Shown: piece by piece, positions 50,759-62,643 of the stretch
Position numbering within the stretch: position 1 is the stretch's first letter
Layout: each line of letters opens with the position of its first letter
Origin: Leucoraja erinacea
Lineage: Eukaryota
Direction of reading: 5' to 3'
Assembly (NCBI RefSeq): GCF_028641065.1
Contig: NC_073400.1
Span: 15,066,001 to 15,130,000, forward strand
DNA length: 64,000 nucleotides
Notes under the pieces: generated by a model
Database searches by the model: none
What the model was told of the DNA's origin: nothing
The model's input: only the letters and a program-made list of their open reading frames with translations
Translations under genes and position numbers: made by a program

Positions 50759-51363
50759 GTATACATCTCATTCCCCTGACTCTCAGTCTGAAGGGTCTCA
50801 ACCCAAAACATCACCTATTCCTTTTCACCAGAGATGCTGCCTGACCCGCTGAGTTACTCCAGTTTTTTTGTGTCTGTTGCGGGCTACCATAGCTGCATTC
50901 TCAGTACAAACAAAAATAATTTTCATATAGTTCCATAGAATCTCAACATCTGGAAAATGGAGGATTGAGGTGATCTTGGAGCATTGAGATAAATATGGAA
51001 ACATAGAAAATAAGTGCAGGAGTAGGTAATTTGGCCCTTCTAGCTAGCACCGTCATTCAATATGATCAAGGCTGATCATCCACAATACCTCGTTCCTGCT
51101 TTCTCCCCATATTCCTTGATTCTATTAGCCCTAAGAGCTACAGTATATCTAACTTGCTCTTGAAAACATCCAGTGAATTGGCCTCCACTGCCATCTGTGG
51201 CAGAGAACCACAGATTCACAACTCTGAGTGAAAATGTTTTATCAAAGTCATCATGCAGCCTCATAGCATTCATCTTGCAGCTCACACTGCCACCCAGCTT
51301 TGTGTCATCCGCAAATTTGGAATGTTACATTTAACTTCCCTATAGAGTAAGTGTGAGTGTGAA

Positions 51364-51608
51364 TCCAATTCCCTGATGTTCTATACTCTAATTTTGCACC
51401 ATGATCTCGTGTGGGACCCGTGTCAAAGTCTTTTTGAAAGTCCAAATACACCACATCCACTGGCTCTCCCTTATCCATTCTACTTGTTACATCTTAAAAC
51501 ATTTCAGAAGATTTTTCCCTTCAAAAATCCATGCTGACTTTGACCGATCCTGTCACTGCTTTCCAAATGTGATGCTATTCATATTTAATAATCGACACAA
51601 ACATCTTA
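51364..51608. repeat. Local duplication of about 245 bp of 52723-52968 (CR1 RT fragment)
   Basis: TCCAATTCCCTGATGTTCTATACTCTAATTTTGCAC...AATCGACACAAA is near-identical in both places. Confidence 0.92.
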
Positions 51609-51637
51609 TACACACATATGTAATATACTCATACACA

Positions 51638-52583
51638 CTAGACCAAGTGTTTATTTATTCATGTGTGTATATATTTATATCATGGTATATGGACACATTT
51701 ATCTGTTTTGTAGTAAATGCCTACTATTTTCTGTGTGCTTAAGCAAAGCAAGAATTTCATTGTCCAATACAGGGACACATGATAATAAACTCACTTGAAC
51801 TTGAAGTGCAGACCCGTTGGATCTGCTCCCCCAACGCACCAGTTCCCTACCCGTAAGATTCCAGTTCCCGTCCCTACCACGGAGGAGTGGTCCTCCAAAT
51901 CAAGCTGTTCCCAAACGTAAGATTCCAGCACTCCCCTTGCCTCCCTCACCAGTGCTCTTAATAAAGAAAAAAAAAATCCAATTGCACTTGCCCTGCGTGT
52001 TGCAATAGCAATTCGCCCTCCACTTACAGAGCCATTGTGACGTCATCAGTTGAAGCTGGTAGTTTTGAAATTCAAGGTATTTTGTTTTTATTTTTTTATT
52101 TTTATAAACTTTAATCAGTAATAAGTCGAGAAATAAAGCATAAAATGTTCTCTGCCTAGAGGGGAAAAGTGTTAATCAGAATATGTAAAAATCTTGTGAA
52201 GGTTGGCATTTTTAAAGCTTTAATCGCAAATAACATGTCAAATATAGGATGAAATCTTCAGTGAAGATGATCACTGCTAGTCGAGCCATTGTGACCTCAT
52301 CAGTGAAAACTGGTCGTTTTAATTTCAAAGTCTTTTGGCTTTTTTAGACTTTTAATCAGTATTGCCGAGAATAAGTCGAGAAATAAAGCATAAAATGTTC
52401 AGATAAGGTGTTCCCGGCCTCAAGGGGAAATATGCAAATCGGAATATGTAAAAATGTTATCGTTACCGCGTAGTGTTTTTGCGAAGATGTAAAGACAACT
52501 ACATATATACACACACACACGTGCAAGATCAGATTATAGATATAGATATCTATGTAGATAAATATATAGATATCTATATAGAT
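51638..52583 (-). mobile_element. Non-autonomous Helitron
   Basis: After removing the 51650-51803 insert, the minus-strand 3' end reads GCAGATCC-AAC-GGGTCTGC hairpin, ACTTGGT, CTAG|T. The 5' end is in a TCTATAT.. simple repeat. No TSD. Internal repeat with a period of about 254 bp. Confidence 0.75.
51650..51803 (+). mobile_element. Rex1-type LINE 3' tail inserted in the Helitron terminus
   Basis: AATTTCATTGTCC..ACATGATAATAAA followed by (ACTTGA)n. TSD AAGTG (51645-51649 and 51804-51808). Confidence 0.75.
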
Positions 52584-52584
52584 A

Positions 52585-53800
52585 TAGTCAATAACTGGAG
52601 TCCCAGCACTGAGCCTTGCGGCATCCCACTAGTCATTGCCTGCCATTCTTAAAATGACCATTAACTCCTATTCTTTGCTTCCTGGCTGCCAACCAGTTCT
52701 CTATCCACATCAGTACCCTATCTCCAATTCCCTGATGTTCTATACTCTAATTTTGCACACCGATCTCTTGTGTGGGACCCGTGTCAAAGTCTTTTTGAAA
52801 GTCCAAATACACCACATCCACTGGCTCTCCCTTATCCATTCTACTTGTTACATCTTAAAACATTTCAGAAGATTTTCCCTTCAAAAATCCATGCTGACTT
52901 TGACCGATCCCGTCACTGCTTTCCAAATGTGATGCTATTCATGTTTAATAATCGACACAAATATCTTCACCACTACCGATATACAGCTAACTGGTCTTTA
53001 TTTCCTGTTTTCTCTCTCCATCCTTTCTTATATGTGGGGTTACATTGGTTACCCTCCAGTCCACAGGAACTGGTCCAGAGCCTGTAGAACATTGGAAAAT
53101 TATCACCAATGCATCCATGATTTCTAGGGCCTCCTCGAGTATTCTGGCCATGGGGATTTATCTGCCTTCAATCCCAACAATTTACCCAACACCAATTCCA
53201 GACTAATGTGAATTTCCTTCAGTTCCTCCCTCCCGCTACATCTTCAGCCTCCTAGTATTTCTGCGAGATTGGTTGGGTCTTCCTTAGTGAAGACAGAACT
53301 AAATTACTTGTTTAACTGGTCTGCCATTTCCTTGTTTCCCATTATAAATTCACTTGTTTCAGACTGTAATGACCTTCATTTGTCTTCACTAATCTTTTCC
53401 TCTTCACATAGCTTTTAGTCAGTTTTTATATTCCGTGCTAGTGTTCTTTCATGCTCTATTTACCCCCTCTTAATTAACCCCTTTGTCCTCTGTTGAATTC
53501 CAAATTTCTCCCAGTCCTTCAGTGTGCTACTTCCTATGGCCAATTTATATGCCTCTTCCTTGGATTGAACGCCATCCCCAATTTCCCTCGTTAGCCATGG
53601 TTGAGCCGCCTTCACCATTTTAATTTTATGCCAGACAGGGATGAACTATTGTTGTATTTCACTCAAGAGACACAAAATGCTGGAGTAACTCAACGGGACA
53701 GTCAGCATCTCTGGAGGGAAGGAATGGGTGACGTTTCAGGTTGAGACCCTTCTTCAGACTATGAATTGGAATTCATCCATGCGATCTTTAAATCTTTGCC
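52585..53800 (-). mobile_element. CR1 LINE internal RT fragment (continues 51275-51341)
   Basis: Reverse strand encodes SGMPQGSVLGLQ and DVVYLDFQKDFD motifs. FADDTKLGG lies at about 51290-51320. Confidence 0.85.
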
Positions 53801-53930
53801 ATGAGATAGAATCAAAGTGGCTTCACACATCAGAATGTTGAAATCAGTGAGGTCCTTTTAACATGAAAGTAAAGGAGTTTCATGATCGAGAAAGGGGTCT
53901 GAAACATCTGGATGTTGAACGGTTGAAGTA

Positions 53931-54199
53931 AATGTGTAGGAAGGAACTGCAGGTGCTGGTTTATATTGAAGATACACACAAAACGCTGGAGTAATTCAGC
54001 AGGTTGGGCAGTACCTATGGAGAAAAGGAATAGGTGACGTTTCGAGTCAAGAACCCTTCTTCAGACGTGAAGAAACGTTCCGACCCAAAACGCCACCTAT
54101 TCTTTTTCTCCCGAGATAGTGCCCGACCTGCTGAGTTACTCCAGCATTTTATGTGTATCTTCAATATAAACCAGCACCTGCAGTTCCTTCCTACACATT
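53931..54199. mobile_element. Penelope-terminus fold-back palindrome (134-bp arms, centre 54065)
   Basis: AATGTGTAGGAAGGAACTGCAGGTGCTGGTTTATATTGAAGATAC at the left end and GTATCTTCAATATAAACCAGCACCTGCAGTTCCTTCCTACACATT at the right end. Confidence 0.88.
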
Positions 54200-54674
54200 C
54201 CACCCCTCTCTTGCCTGGCTTAGTCCTGCCGCCAACATTCTTCCATCAGACATGCTCTCTGACCCGCTGAGTTACTCCAGCACGTTGATTTTTTTTTGTA
54301 AACCAGCATCTGCTGTCCCTTGTGTCTACATTTTGCACAATGGCGTCACAAGGTGATCATCCAGCCACATCTGGTGTTATGCCTTTATATTTCCCCCATG
54401 CCAACTCCTACGGCAGATAATAAATGGAGACAACTAATTTTGCAATACCATGGGATTGCAAAGCCGAAATGTGTTGTGCTCATTTTCAAGAAGCAGAGTA
54501 ATCATTTGCTTTGCAGTTTATCTAAAAGGCAACCGATAAGTGATCGTTCACTCACAAAATATTGTGTGCCGCAAATACAAATATATTTCTGCTTCTGTTT
54601 GACATTTTACAAAATAGCACCTCCTAATTTTTTTATATAAGTAATCCGATACAGATCGTCCTTTGTTTTTCTGA

Positions 54675-55058
54675 AGATAAGGTGCCACGCGGCAGAGGCC
54701 TTCCCGAGGCGCCGCAAAACCAGGAACCTGCCTGGAGGGCCCGAAGGCTCGGTGGACCGCGGGTGAACCGGAGTAATGCCTCCAGCGCCTTGGATGAAAC
54801 TGGTGCCCCCGGAACAAAAAGAGGCCGGGCGAGGAGAGGTACGTGGGTTAGCGGGCCGATCCGGTCAAAGGTGATGGAGGAGGGTCCTGCAGGAGCCAAG
54901 GGCTTGCCTGGATCGGGAACTGCTCCAGTAGACCGAGCGTGCGGGCTGACCGGACCTTGGAAATGGCGCCAAGAGATGACGGCGCCCGCAAATATGCAAA
55001 AAGGATTTCACCGTGCAGTTGCACATGTGACAAATAAAGTACTGTTGAACTATTGCAT
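54675..55058 (+). mobile_element. GC-rich non-autonomous retroposon fragment with a Rex1-like tail
   Basis: CpG-rich body ending GGATTTCACCGTGCAGTTGCACATGTGACAAATAAAGTACTGTTGAACTATTG. Confidence 0.65.
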
Positions 55059-55394
55059 GTGGCAAATTGCTTTCTTGAATAACCCATGTATTTTCAATGA
55101 TGAAAATACTTCTGTGATAAAGTCCGAGTAAGAGTTGTAAATACATCGAGGAATAATAAGTTATTTCAAAATCAAAGTGTATAATCTGTAGGGGTCTTAC
55201 AGATATTCTAATCTCAAATCTGCTCGTCCTAGCTTTGGAAGTGATATTGCAAAAGCCTTGCTGAATTTCAGCAGTGTACTTATAGGTGGTATATTAACTG
55301 TAGGCTTGATGAGCCAATGGCTTTGGATGTTGGACGGGGGATTCATAAGGTAACTGCGTTAACCGATACATGAAATGCACGTACCTCGAGTTCT

Positions 55395-55835
55395 TCATTC
55401 ATAAGGTCATAAGTGATAGGAGCAGAATTAGGCCATTCGGCCCATCAAGTCTACTCCGCCATTCAATCATGACTGGTCCATCTCGCACTCCCAAGCCCAT
55501 TCTCCTGCCTTCTCCCCATAACCTCCGACACCTGTACTAATCAAGAATCTATCGCTGCCTTAAAAATATCCACTGACTTGACCTCCACAGCCTACTGTGA
55601 CAAAAAAAAAAAAAAAAATCCACAGATTCACCACCCTCTGACTAAGGACCCAATTTCGCTCATTACCAGCAGAGCTACCCCACCCCCTCTGCCCACCTGT
55701 CTGTCTTTCCAATAGGACATGTAACCTTGAATATTCAGCTCCCAGCTCCGATCCTCTTGCAGTCACCTCTGTAATTCCCACATCATACCTACTAATTTCT
55801 AACTGTGCTACAAGCTCATCCACTTTATTCCTTAT
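55395..55835 (-). mobile_element. CR1 fragments (endonuclease N-terminus joined to a 3' tail)
   Basis: ORF 55560..55823 starts DELVAQLEISRYDVGITE (APE N-terminus) and runs into LSQRVVNLW (3' end). Confidence 0.78.
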
Positions 55836-57045
55836 GAAAACTTTATTGTCATTCAGATATACACCTTTCTAATATAATGCCTTTAATTTGTTCACTACTC
55901 CTCCTCTCACACTGGTCCCGATTTTTACCTGACCTTACGCCCTTATCCCTTCTTAACCGTTACGTCCTATTACCTCTGGAGACTTCTATAACTTTTCCTG
56001 CACTATCTTTCCCTTTAGCTCCACCCATACACTTCCAATGTGTTAGCACATTCCAAATGAGTAGCACTAAAATGTATGCACTAAACGTGTGAAATTAGAA
56101 ACAAATTAGCACCTACATCTGAAAATAGCTTGAGCTATGCAGTTCAATTTCACAACTACCATCTTTGCACTTACAATGCCTCCCTTTCCCTGCCAAAGCT
56201 AACTCTGATATTAGTCACATTTCCCTATTCTTTTTTCTCTGGAGTTTAATTGTTGAACAGGTTCTAATAGCTTTTGTAAAAGCCAGGCCTCAGTAATTGG
56301 AGAAAAGGAAAAGTAGCTTACGAAGGATATAATTGTGTTCAAAAGCACATCCAAAAGATGGCCAGTGAGACACAGTGAAGTTAAAAGGAGTCTAGCAGCA
56401 ATTAAATGTGACATAAACAAAATACCCCGAGTAGACTGTCTTTGGTTGCACTACAGACTATGGTTTTTGCACTATTATCTCAACTAGGATTATGGTTATG
56501 TTATTCTATTTGACCATAATGTGTGTTATGCTGCAGCAAGTAAGAATTTCATTATTCTGTTGTCAGTGCATATGACAATTAAACACCGACTCTAGAGAAC
56601 AGCTAAAGAACGAACAAGAATCTTTAAAATTGTTATTATCTCAGAAACCAGGAATGATTAAAGATTGGTTTAGCAGTCAATAATTATTCCCTTGAAGTGT
56701 TATTTAGACAAATACAATAACAGCCTCCATCAATGGAAATAATCCACACAGATTTACTGATATCAACAAACAAAAGTTTCAAACAGACTGAAAGGGCTCA
56801 TAATGGAGTAATCCCCAAATGGATGATATCTTTCCTAAAACAGAAAGACAATCTGCAAGTAATCAGTGAAACATTACAAATTACAAATTATCACAATGCT
56901 GAAAGTGGAAGTGAGAGCCTGGAACACTGCCAGGTGTGGTGGTGGAGGCAGGTACAATAGTGGCATTTAAGAGACTTTTAGATAGACACGTTGATATTCA
57001 GGGAATGAAGTGAAATGGATTGGGTGTGGGCAGAGAGGAGTTATC

Positions 57046-57347
57046 TTAGTTTAGTTTTAGTTTAGTCTTGAGACACAGCGTGGAAATAGGCCCTTCGGCC
57101 CACACCGACCAATGATCCCCGCACACCAACACTATCCTAAACAATTTTACAATGATACCAAGCCAATTAACCAACAATCCAGTCAGTCTTTGGATTGTGG
57201 GAGGAAACCCGAGATCCCGGAGAAAACCCACGCAGGTCACAGGGAGAATGTACAGACTGCGTATAGACAAGTACCCGTAGTCAGGATAGAACTCTGGTCT
57301 CTGGCGCTGTAAGGCAGCAACTCTACCATGGCGCCACCGTGCAACCC
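57046..57347 (-). mobile_element. HE1/V-SINE
   Basis: Full reverse copy with (TTAGT)n tail. Confidence 0.85.
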
Positions 57348-57874
57348 TTGCCAATGATCTTGGCATTGTTATCAGCACAGATATTTGGGCCAAAGGGCCT
57401 GTACCCATGCTGTATTGTTCTATGGTAGACCATAAGACATAGGAGCAGAATTAGGACATTCAGCCCATCAAGTCTACTCAGCCATTCGATCATGGCTGAT
57501 CTATTTTTCCCTCTCAACCCCAATGCCCCATCTTCTCCAGTTTCCTTTGACACCTTTACTAATCAAGAACTTATCAATGTCCACTTTAAAAACACCCAAA
57601 GACGGCCTCCCCAGCCAATTGTGGCAATGCATTCAATAGATTCACCAACCTCTAGCTAAAGAAATTCCTCCTCATCTCCATCTAAAGGTACGTCCTTTTA
57701 TTCCAAGGCTGTGCCCTCTGGTTCCAGACCCTCCCATTACTGTCCACTCTATCAAGGCCTTTCATTATTCAATGCATGCATGATTTGTTGACATGATTTC
57801 ATGCATCGGGCAGAGGGGGAATACCAAGCACAGCAAAACAATGTCGTTGGTCGAAAGCAACACACCTGATAACT

Positions 57875-58255
57875 ATGTGCGCAGGAAGGAACAGCAGATG
57901 CTGGTTAACTCCCAAGATAGACACACAATGGTGGAGTGACTCAGCCAGTTAAGACTTTTGCCTCCATCACAGTGAGGAGGTGCCTGGTGAACTCACTGTG
58001 GTGGATGTTAATTTGTGTTTATATGTATGTTTTGTTATTTATTATTATATGTATGACTGCAAGCAACGAAATTTCATTCTGAATGACAATAAAGGAATCC
58101 AATCCAATTCGGTTAGGCAGCATCTCTGGAGAAAAGGTGACATTTCAGGTCAAAACTTCTTCTGAAGAAAGAAGTCTGAAGTAGGGTCTCGACCCGAAAT
58201 GTCACCTTTTCTCCAGAGATGCTGCCAAACTCTACTCCAGCATTTCATGTCTACA
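57875..58255. mobile_element. Penelope-terminus fold-back element interrupted by a retroposon tail (about 57951-58110)
   Basis: Plus-strand GTCTGAAGTAGGGTCTCGACCCGAAATGTCACC with inverted arms. The insert ends TGACAATAAAGGAATCCAATCCAAT. Confidence 0.7.
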
Positions 58256-58726
58256 CCTGATAACTATTTGTATGAGGAGTATTGTCAAATTACAGCTGAA
58301 GTGATGTTTTGAAATGCTGGTCAGCAAAACCACTTACTTTGAGAACAGTGACACTTCACATGTGTAGTAGAAAGATGCCGGGGACATTCATCTCATTCAG
58401 GCTGTGTACAGAGCCACAATGCTGATCTTTGATGTCAGCATACTGAATTATAAAGAGAGTCTGTGCAAAAGGAGACTCTTGAACCTTAAGAGGAGGGTCA
58501 TTGAAGAGAAATATTAAAGAACAAGATGTCAAAAGAAAGGATAATTCAGAGAGCTGGAAAAAAGCACACAGAAGAAAAGTGGTGATGAAAGGGTGCAAGT
58601 TGGCACATTGCTGTGTTAGGCACCAGAGGGCATTTAACATTCAAACATACGCTGCAACCTTCGAAACAGGAGAATCTAACAAGATGGTGCAACTATTTTA
58701 AACAGTTCCTCATCATTTCATCACTT

Positions 58727-59005
58727 GGGGCGACACGGTGGTGCAGCAGGAGAGTTGCTGGCTTAGTGCCAGAGACCTCGGTTCGATCTCGATTTGTCTG
58801 GAGTTTGTATGTTCTCTTCATGATCTGCATGGTTTCTCTCCAGGAGCATAGTTTTCCTCCCACACTCCAAAGACATGCAGGTTTGTAGGCTAATAGGCTT
58901 GGTAAAATTATAAATTGTCCCTAGAGTGTGTAGGAAAGTGTTAGTGCGCGGGGATCGTCGGGCGGAGGAGGCTAATTTTCGCACCGTATCTCTAATCCAA
59001 ACAAA
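58727..59005 (+). mobile_element. HE1/V-SINE
   Basis: GGGGCGACACGGTGGTGCAGC head, GGTTCGATC B box and core. Confidence 0.8.
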
Positions 59006-59199
59006 AATGTGCCTAAGTTCAAAATCCTCGTCCGCATAGACAAAAGACAGCAGTACCAATTCCATAGCTCCACGCAAGTAGGAAGACAAGTTGACGTAGG
59101 GGTAAAGGTGTGCTTGCTTTCATCAGCCAAAGTACAAGCAGAGAGTCATGCTGCAGCTTTGTGAGGCCATGAATGGGCAGCATTTGTGATATTGCCTGT

Positions 59200-59525
59200 G
59201 GACTTTAACATTCCGAAACCCGCGGCCTCTGGTAAGAAGAGGCTGACTAGGGAGCACCAAGTCGCGGAGACAGTTTCAACTGCCCCGACGTGAGAGTTTC
59301 GATCACCCCAACGGGGGGCTTCGATCGCCCCGACCGAGGATGGTTTGACAAGTCTCGACCGCACAAGAACAAAGATTGAACTTTATTGCCTTCCATCACA
59401 GTGAAGAATGAGGAATCCACTGAGGTGGATGTTTATGTAATTGTGTCTCGTGTTGCTTTTCACTTAGTATGGCAACTCAAATTTCACTGTACCTTAACTG
59501 GTACTTGTGTCATTAAACTGACCTT
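59200..59525 (+). mobile_element. Non-autonomous retroposon 3' part (same tail family as about 353-456 and 57951-58110)
   Basis: TTGCCTTCCATCACAGTGA...GTGGATGTT...GGCAACTCAAATTTCACTG is shared with the other two loci. Confidence 0.6.
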
Positions 59526-59564
59526 TTATCCTCGAGTTCCAGCTGCCTGGTTACATGAATAATG

Positions 59565-59862
59565 TAGCGTGGTGCTGGAGCAGTGTTGCTGACCGACAGC
59601 ATCAGAATCTTAGGTTTCATCCTGACAGTGGGTGCTGGCTGTATAGAGTTTGTATGTTCTCCTTATGACTGTGTGCGATTTCTCCGGGTGCTTTGGATTC
59701 CACACTCCAAAAACGTAGAGGTTTGTAGGTTAGTTGGCTTCTGTAAACTAGAAATTGCCCCGAGTGTATGTAGGATTATGCTAGTGTACGGGGTAGTCGC
59801 TGGTCGGTGCAGACCTGGTGGGCCAAAGGTCCCGTTTCCATGCCATTTTGTCTAAAACCTAA
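59565..59862 (+). mobile_element. HE1/V-SINE (diverged)
   Basis: V-core and GGTGGGCCAAAGGTCCCGTTTCC tail. Confidence 0.75.
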
Positions 59863-60296
59863 AGGCTTTGGATGGGGCGCAGTGAATGTAGGTTTGTCAA
59901 TGTTTTTGGAAAGGGTGAGAGATTTACCGGAATGCAGCCTGGATTAGAGGGTATTTGCTCCAAAGAGATGGTGGATAGACTGGGATTTTACTTCTCTGAA
60001 GCATCAGAAGCTGTAGCAGTATAGAAGTAGAATAAAATTATGAGGCATAAATAGGGAAGACGGTTCAAACCTTTTTTCCCCCCCGGGTGGAAACGTCGTA
60101 GACTAGATGATATAGCTTCAAACTTCAAAGGGGATTTTGGATAGTTTTTAAATTAATGTTCATAAATTATAAGAGCACAATTTGGCCATTCAACCCATGA
60201 AGTCTATTCTGCCATTTAATCATGGCTGACCTATCTTTCCTTCTCAACCCCATTCTCCTGTCTTCTCCCAATAACCATTGGCACCCTTACTAATCA

Positions 60297-61159
60297 TAGG
60301 TATGTTACAAAACCTACCTGAATCGCCATTGGGAATCTGCCCTCAGCCATGTCGGCGATTTTGGCGCTGTTTGGAGGGGGCGGGTTTAAAACGCGATTTT
60401 TACTAGGCTGTACTAATCGCACATGTTCAGCCTAGTAAATCATTAACGAAAAATCGCTGCAAGACCCGGTCGCAAAAGGTATTATTAGTTTTATAGGCCT
60501 CGATAATATAGTTATAATAGTTTTAAAATTACTCTCTGATTTCGCAACCTCTCGCAGCCCCAGGGTTTTATAAAGCAAACAATTAAAGGTATGTACCTTA
60601 TTTTTACATTAAATGGGGCATATATATAACCCTATATATCAAGTTATCTATAACGAATAGTTCATTTTGGGCTTTTTATATCCCGCAGTATTTTTCTCGG
60701 CATTTGAGGGCACTAATCCAGCGCGCTGTCAACATTCTAAACCAGCGCGTTCCACATGAACCCGCTAGAAAGCCGATTTAAATGGGCATTTATTTACAGC
60801 AATTGAACACTAAATTCCTTCCATTTGGCCTATAAATTAATGTAAATTAGATATAAAAATCATGTTATATTGTAAATTATTTGTGAATAATCTTTGGACA
60901 CTTAGGCTATTTAAAAATGTTAATCTTTCCTTAAGAAATGGGCGTTTGACTATCCAAGATCACAGCTTTTTTGTAATGTCCATTGAAAATCAATAGGGAA
61001 CAAGATGCTAATTTCCGAGTATGAAAATGGTCATAACTTTTTTAATACTTGAGATATGAAAGTGAATTTGGTGTCAAATTAAACTTATTGTTATGCTTTA
61101 TCTGATGGGATAAATTGCAGACTTGATTTTTTAAATCTCAAAATTTTGTAACATTGCTA
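60297..61159. mobile_element. Non-autonomous TIR DNA transposon, 863 bp, 7-bp TSD (P-superfamily-like; classification uncertain)
   Basis: TIRs TAGGTATGTTACAAAA and TTTTGTAACATTGCTA (14/16 match). TSD CTAATCA (60290-60296 and 61160-61166). It splits a CR1 tail. Confidence 0.88.
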
Positions 61160-61277
61160 CTAATCACAAATCTGTCAATCTCCGCCTTAAAAATAGCCAA
61201 GGACTTGGCTTCCACAGCCATCTGTGGCAATGAGTTCCACAGATTCACCACCCACTGACCAAAGAAATTCCTTCTCC

Positions 61278-61428
61278 AGGGCGGCATGGTGGCACAGCTG
61301 CTGCGTTGCTGCCTTGCAGTGTCAGAGACACCGGTTCGATCCCGACAATGGGTTCTGCGTATGGAGTTTGTACGTTCTCCCCCTGACCGTGTAGGTTTAC
61401 CCTGGGTGCTCCGGTTGCCTCCCACACA
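61278..61428 (+). mobile_element. HE1/V-SINE 5' half
   Basis: GGGCGGCATGGTGGCACAGC head and GGTTCGATCCC B box. Confidence 0.8.
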
Positions 61429-61764
61429 AAAGCTTTTCACTATATCTCATTGTTGGTACAATAATAAGCCAATATCAAGTACCAGAGAGTCTGTCAATAG
61501 AAAAACAACTAGTTTTTTTTGGATTAATGCAGATGCAGCCAAGAATGCAAGGTAAAGCCTTGATTTAAAATGCAGTTGATCAAACTGCACTCAACAGCCC
61601 ATGTTGTGCAGGCTTTGGACAGGTGTGCTTACTGGCTGCTCAAGGGAGAAGAGGGAAATAATTTCGATTTAATTACTTCCTTGCCTTGAAGCCACTACTT
61701 CTCCCAACATCACACCACCTGAGCAACAATTTTATATTGTTGAATTAAATAGTCCAATAGTTAC

Positions 61765-62045
61765 TGTAGTGCAGCGGATAGAGCTTCTGCCTCACATCAC
61801 CAGAGACTCTAGTTTGATCTAGGTCTCAAGTGCTCTGTGTGTGGAGTTTGCACGTTCTCCCTGTGACCGTGCACGTTTCCTGCGACATCCCAAAGACGTG
61901 GGGGTTTGGAGTTTAATGTGCCGTGGTGAATTTTCCCAAGTGTGTTGGTAGTGGATGCGAAAGTAGAATAGAATCAGTGTGAACAGGTGATCGATGGGCA
62001 GTGTGGAATCTCTGGGCTGAAGGGCCCATTTCCATGCTGCATATC
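61765..62045 (+). mobile_element. HE1/V-SINE
   Basis: V-core and GGGCTGAAGGGCCCATTTCC tail. Confidence 0.75.
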
Positions 62046-62643
62046 CAAACCATCTAGAAAAGAATCCAATCAATATATGGTTTAATACTTTCAAATGGAT
62101 CAGATTCATTTCCATAGATCTGCTAGCAAGCAACATCTGGCGGCAGGTTTGGAAAACTTAACATTAGAGCATAGAAGCCAAACATTATTTGCATTCATCC
62201 ATCTTGCAACTAACCATGGCCAAAAATTCAGTTATCCCATACTTTGCTTGTAACAGGTTTCAATGTTCAAGTTTTTCCTCAGATGATTTTCTCATTCTCC
62301 AAGGAAATTGGTTATTTTATATTCCGATGTCTCAAAACTAAATTGGACATCAAATAGCGGTGGTACTAGTCTACAACAGCCTTGCATTGTAATATTATTA
62401 ATTCTGAACATCCATTCGTAATTTGAATGCATTATGGATAACATATAAAGTCTATTGATGATTTTTTTCTTTATTGCAAAATAGGATGTGATCGATTTAA
62501 CTAGTATAACTAAACAAATTGAAAAAGGTAAGCAGAGTTCACAAATTAAACATTGGGTTCAAATGCTTGATACCGAATCTAGTGCCTGCCTCCTTTCCTT
62601 TTAGGGAAAAGCACAAGTTGCTATAAAATTGAAATTATGAATT

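Noticed and set aside
54548-55146. GC-rich ORFs up to 149 aa
   Set aside because: They lie within a retroposon fragment with a LINE-like tail and show no protein motif.
58619-58633. CTCF-like motif GCACCAGAGGGCA
   Set aside because: It is a single imperfect match, expected by chance in 64 kb.
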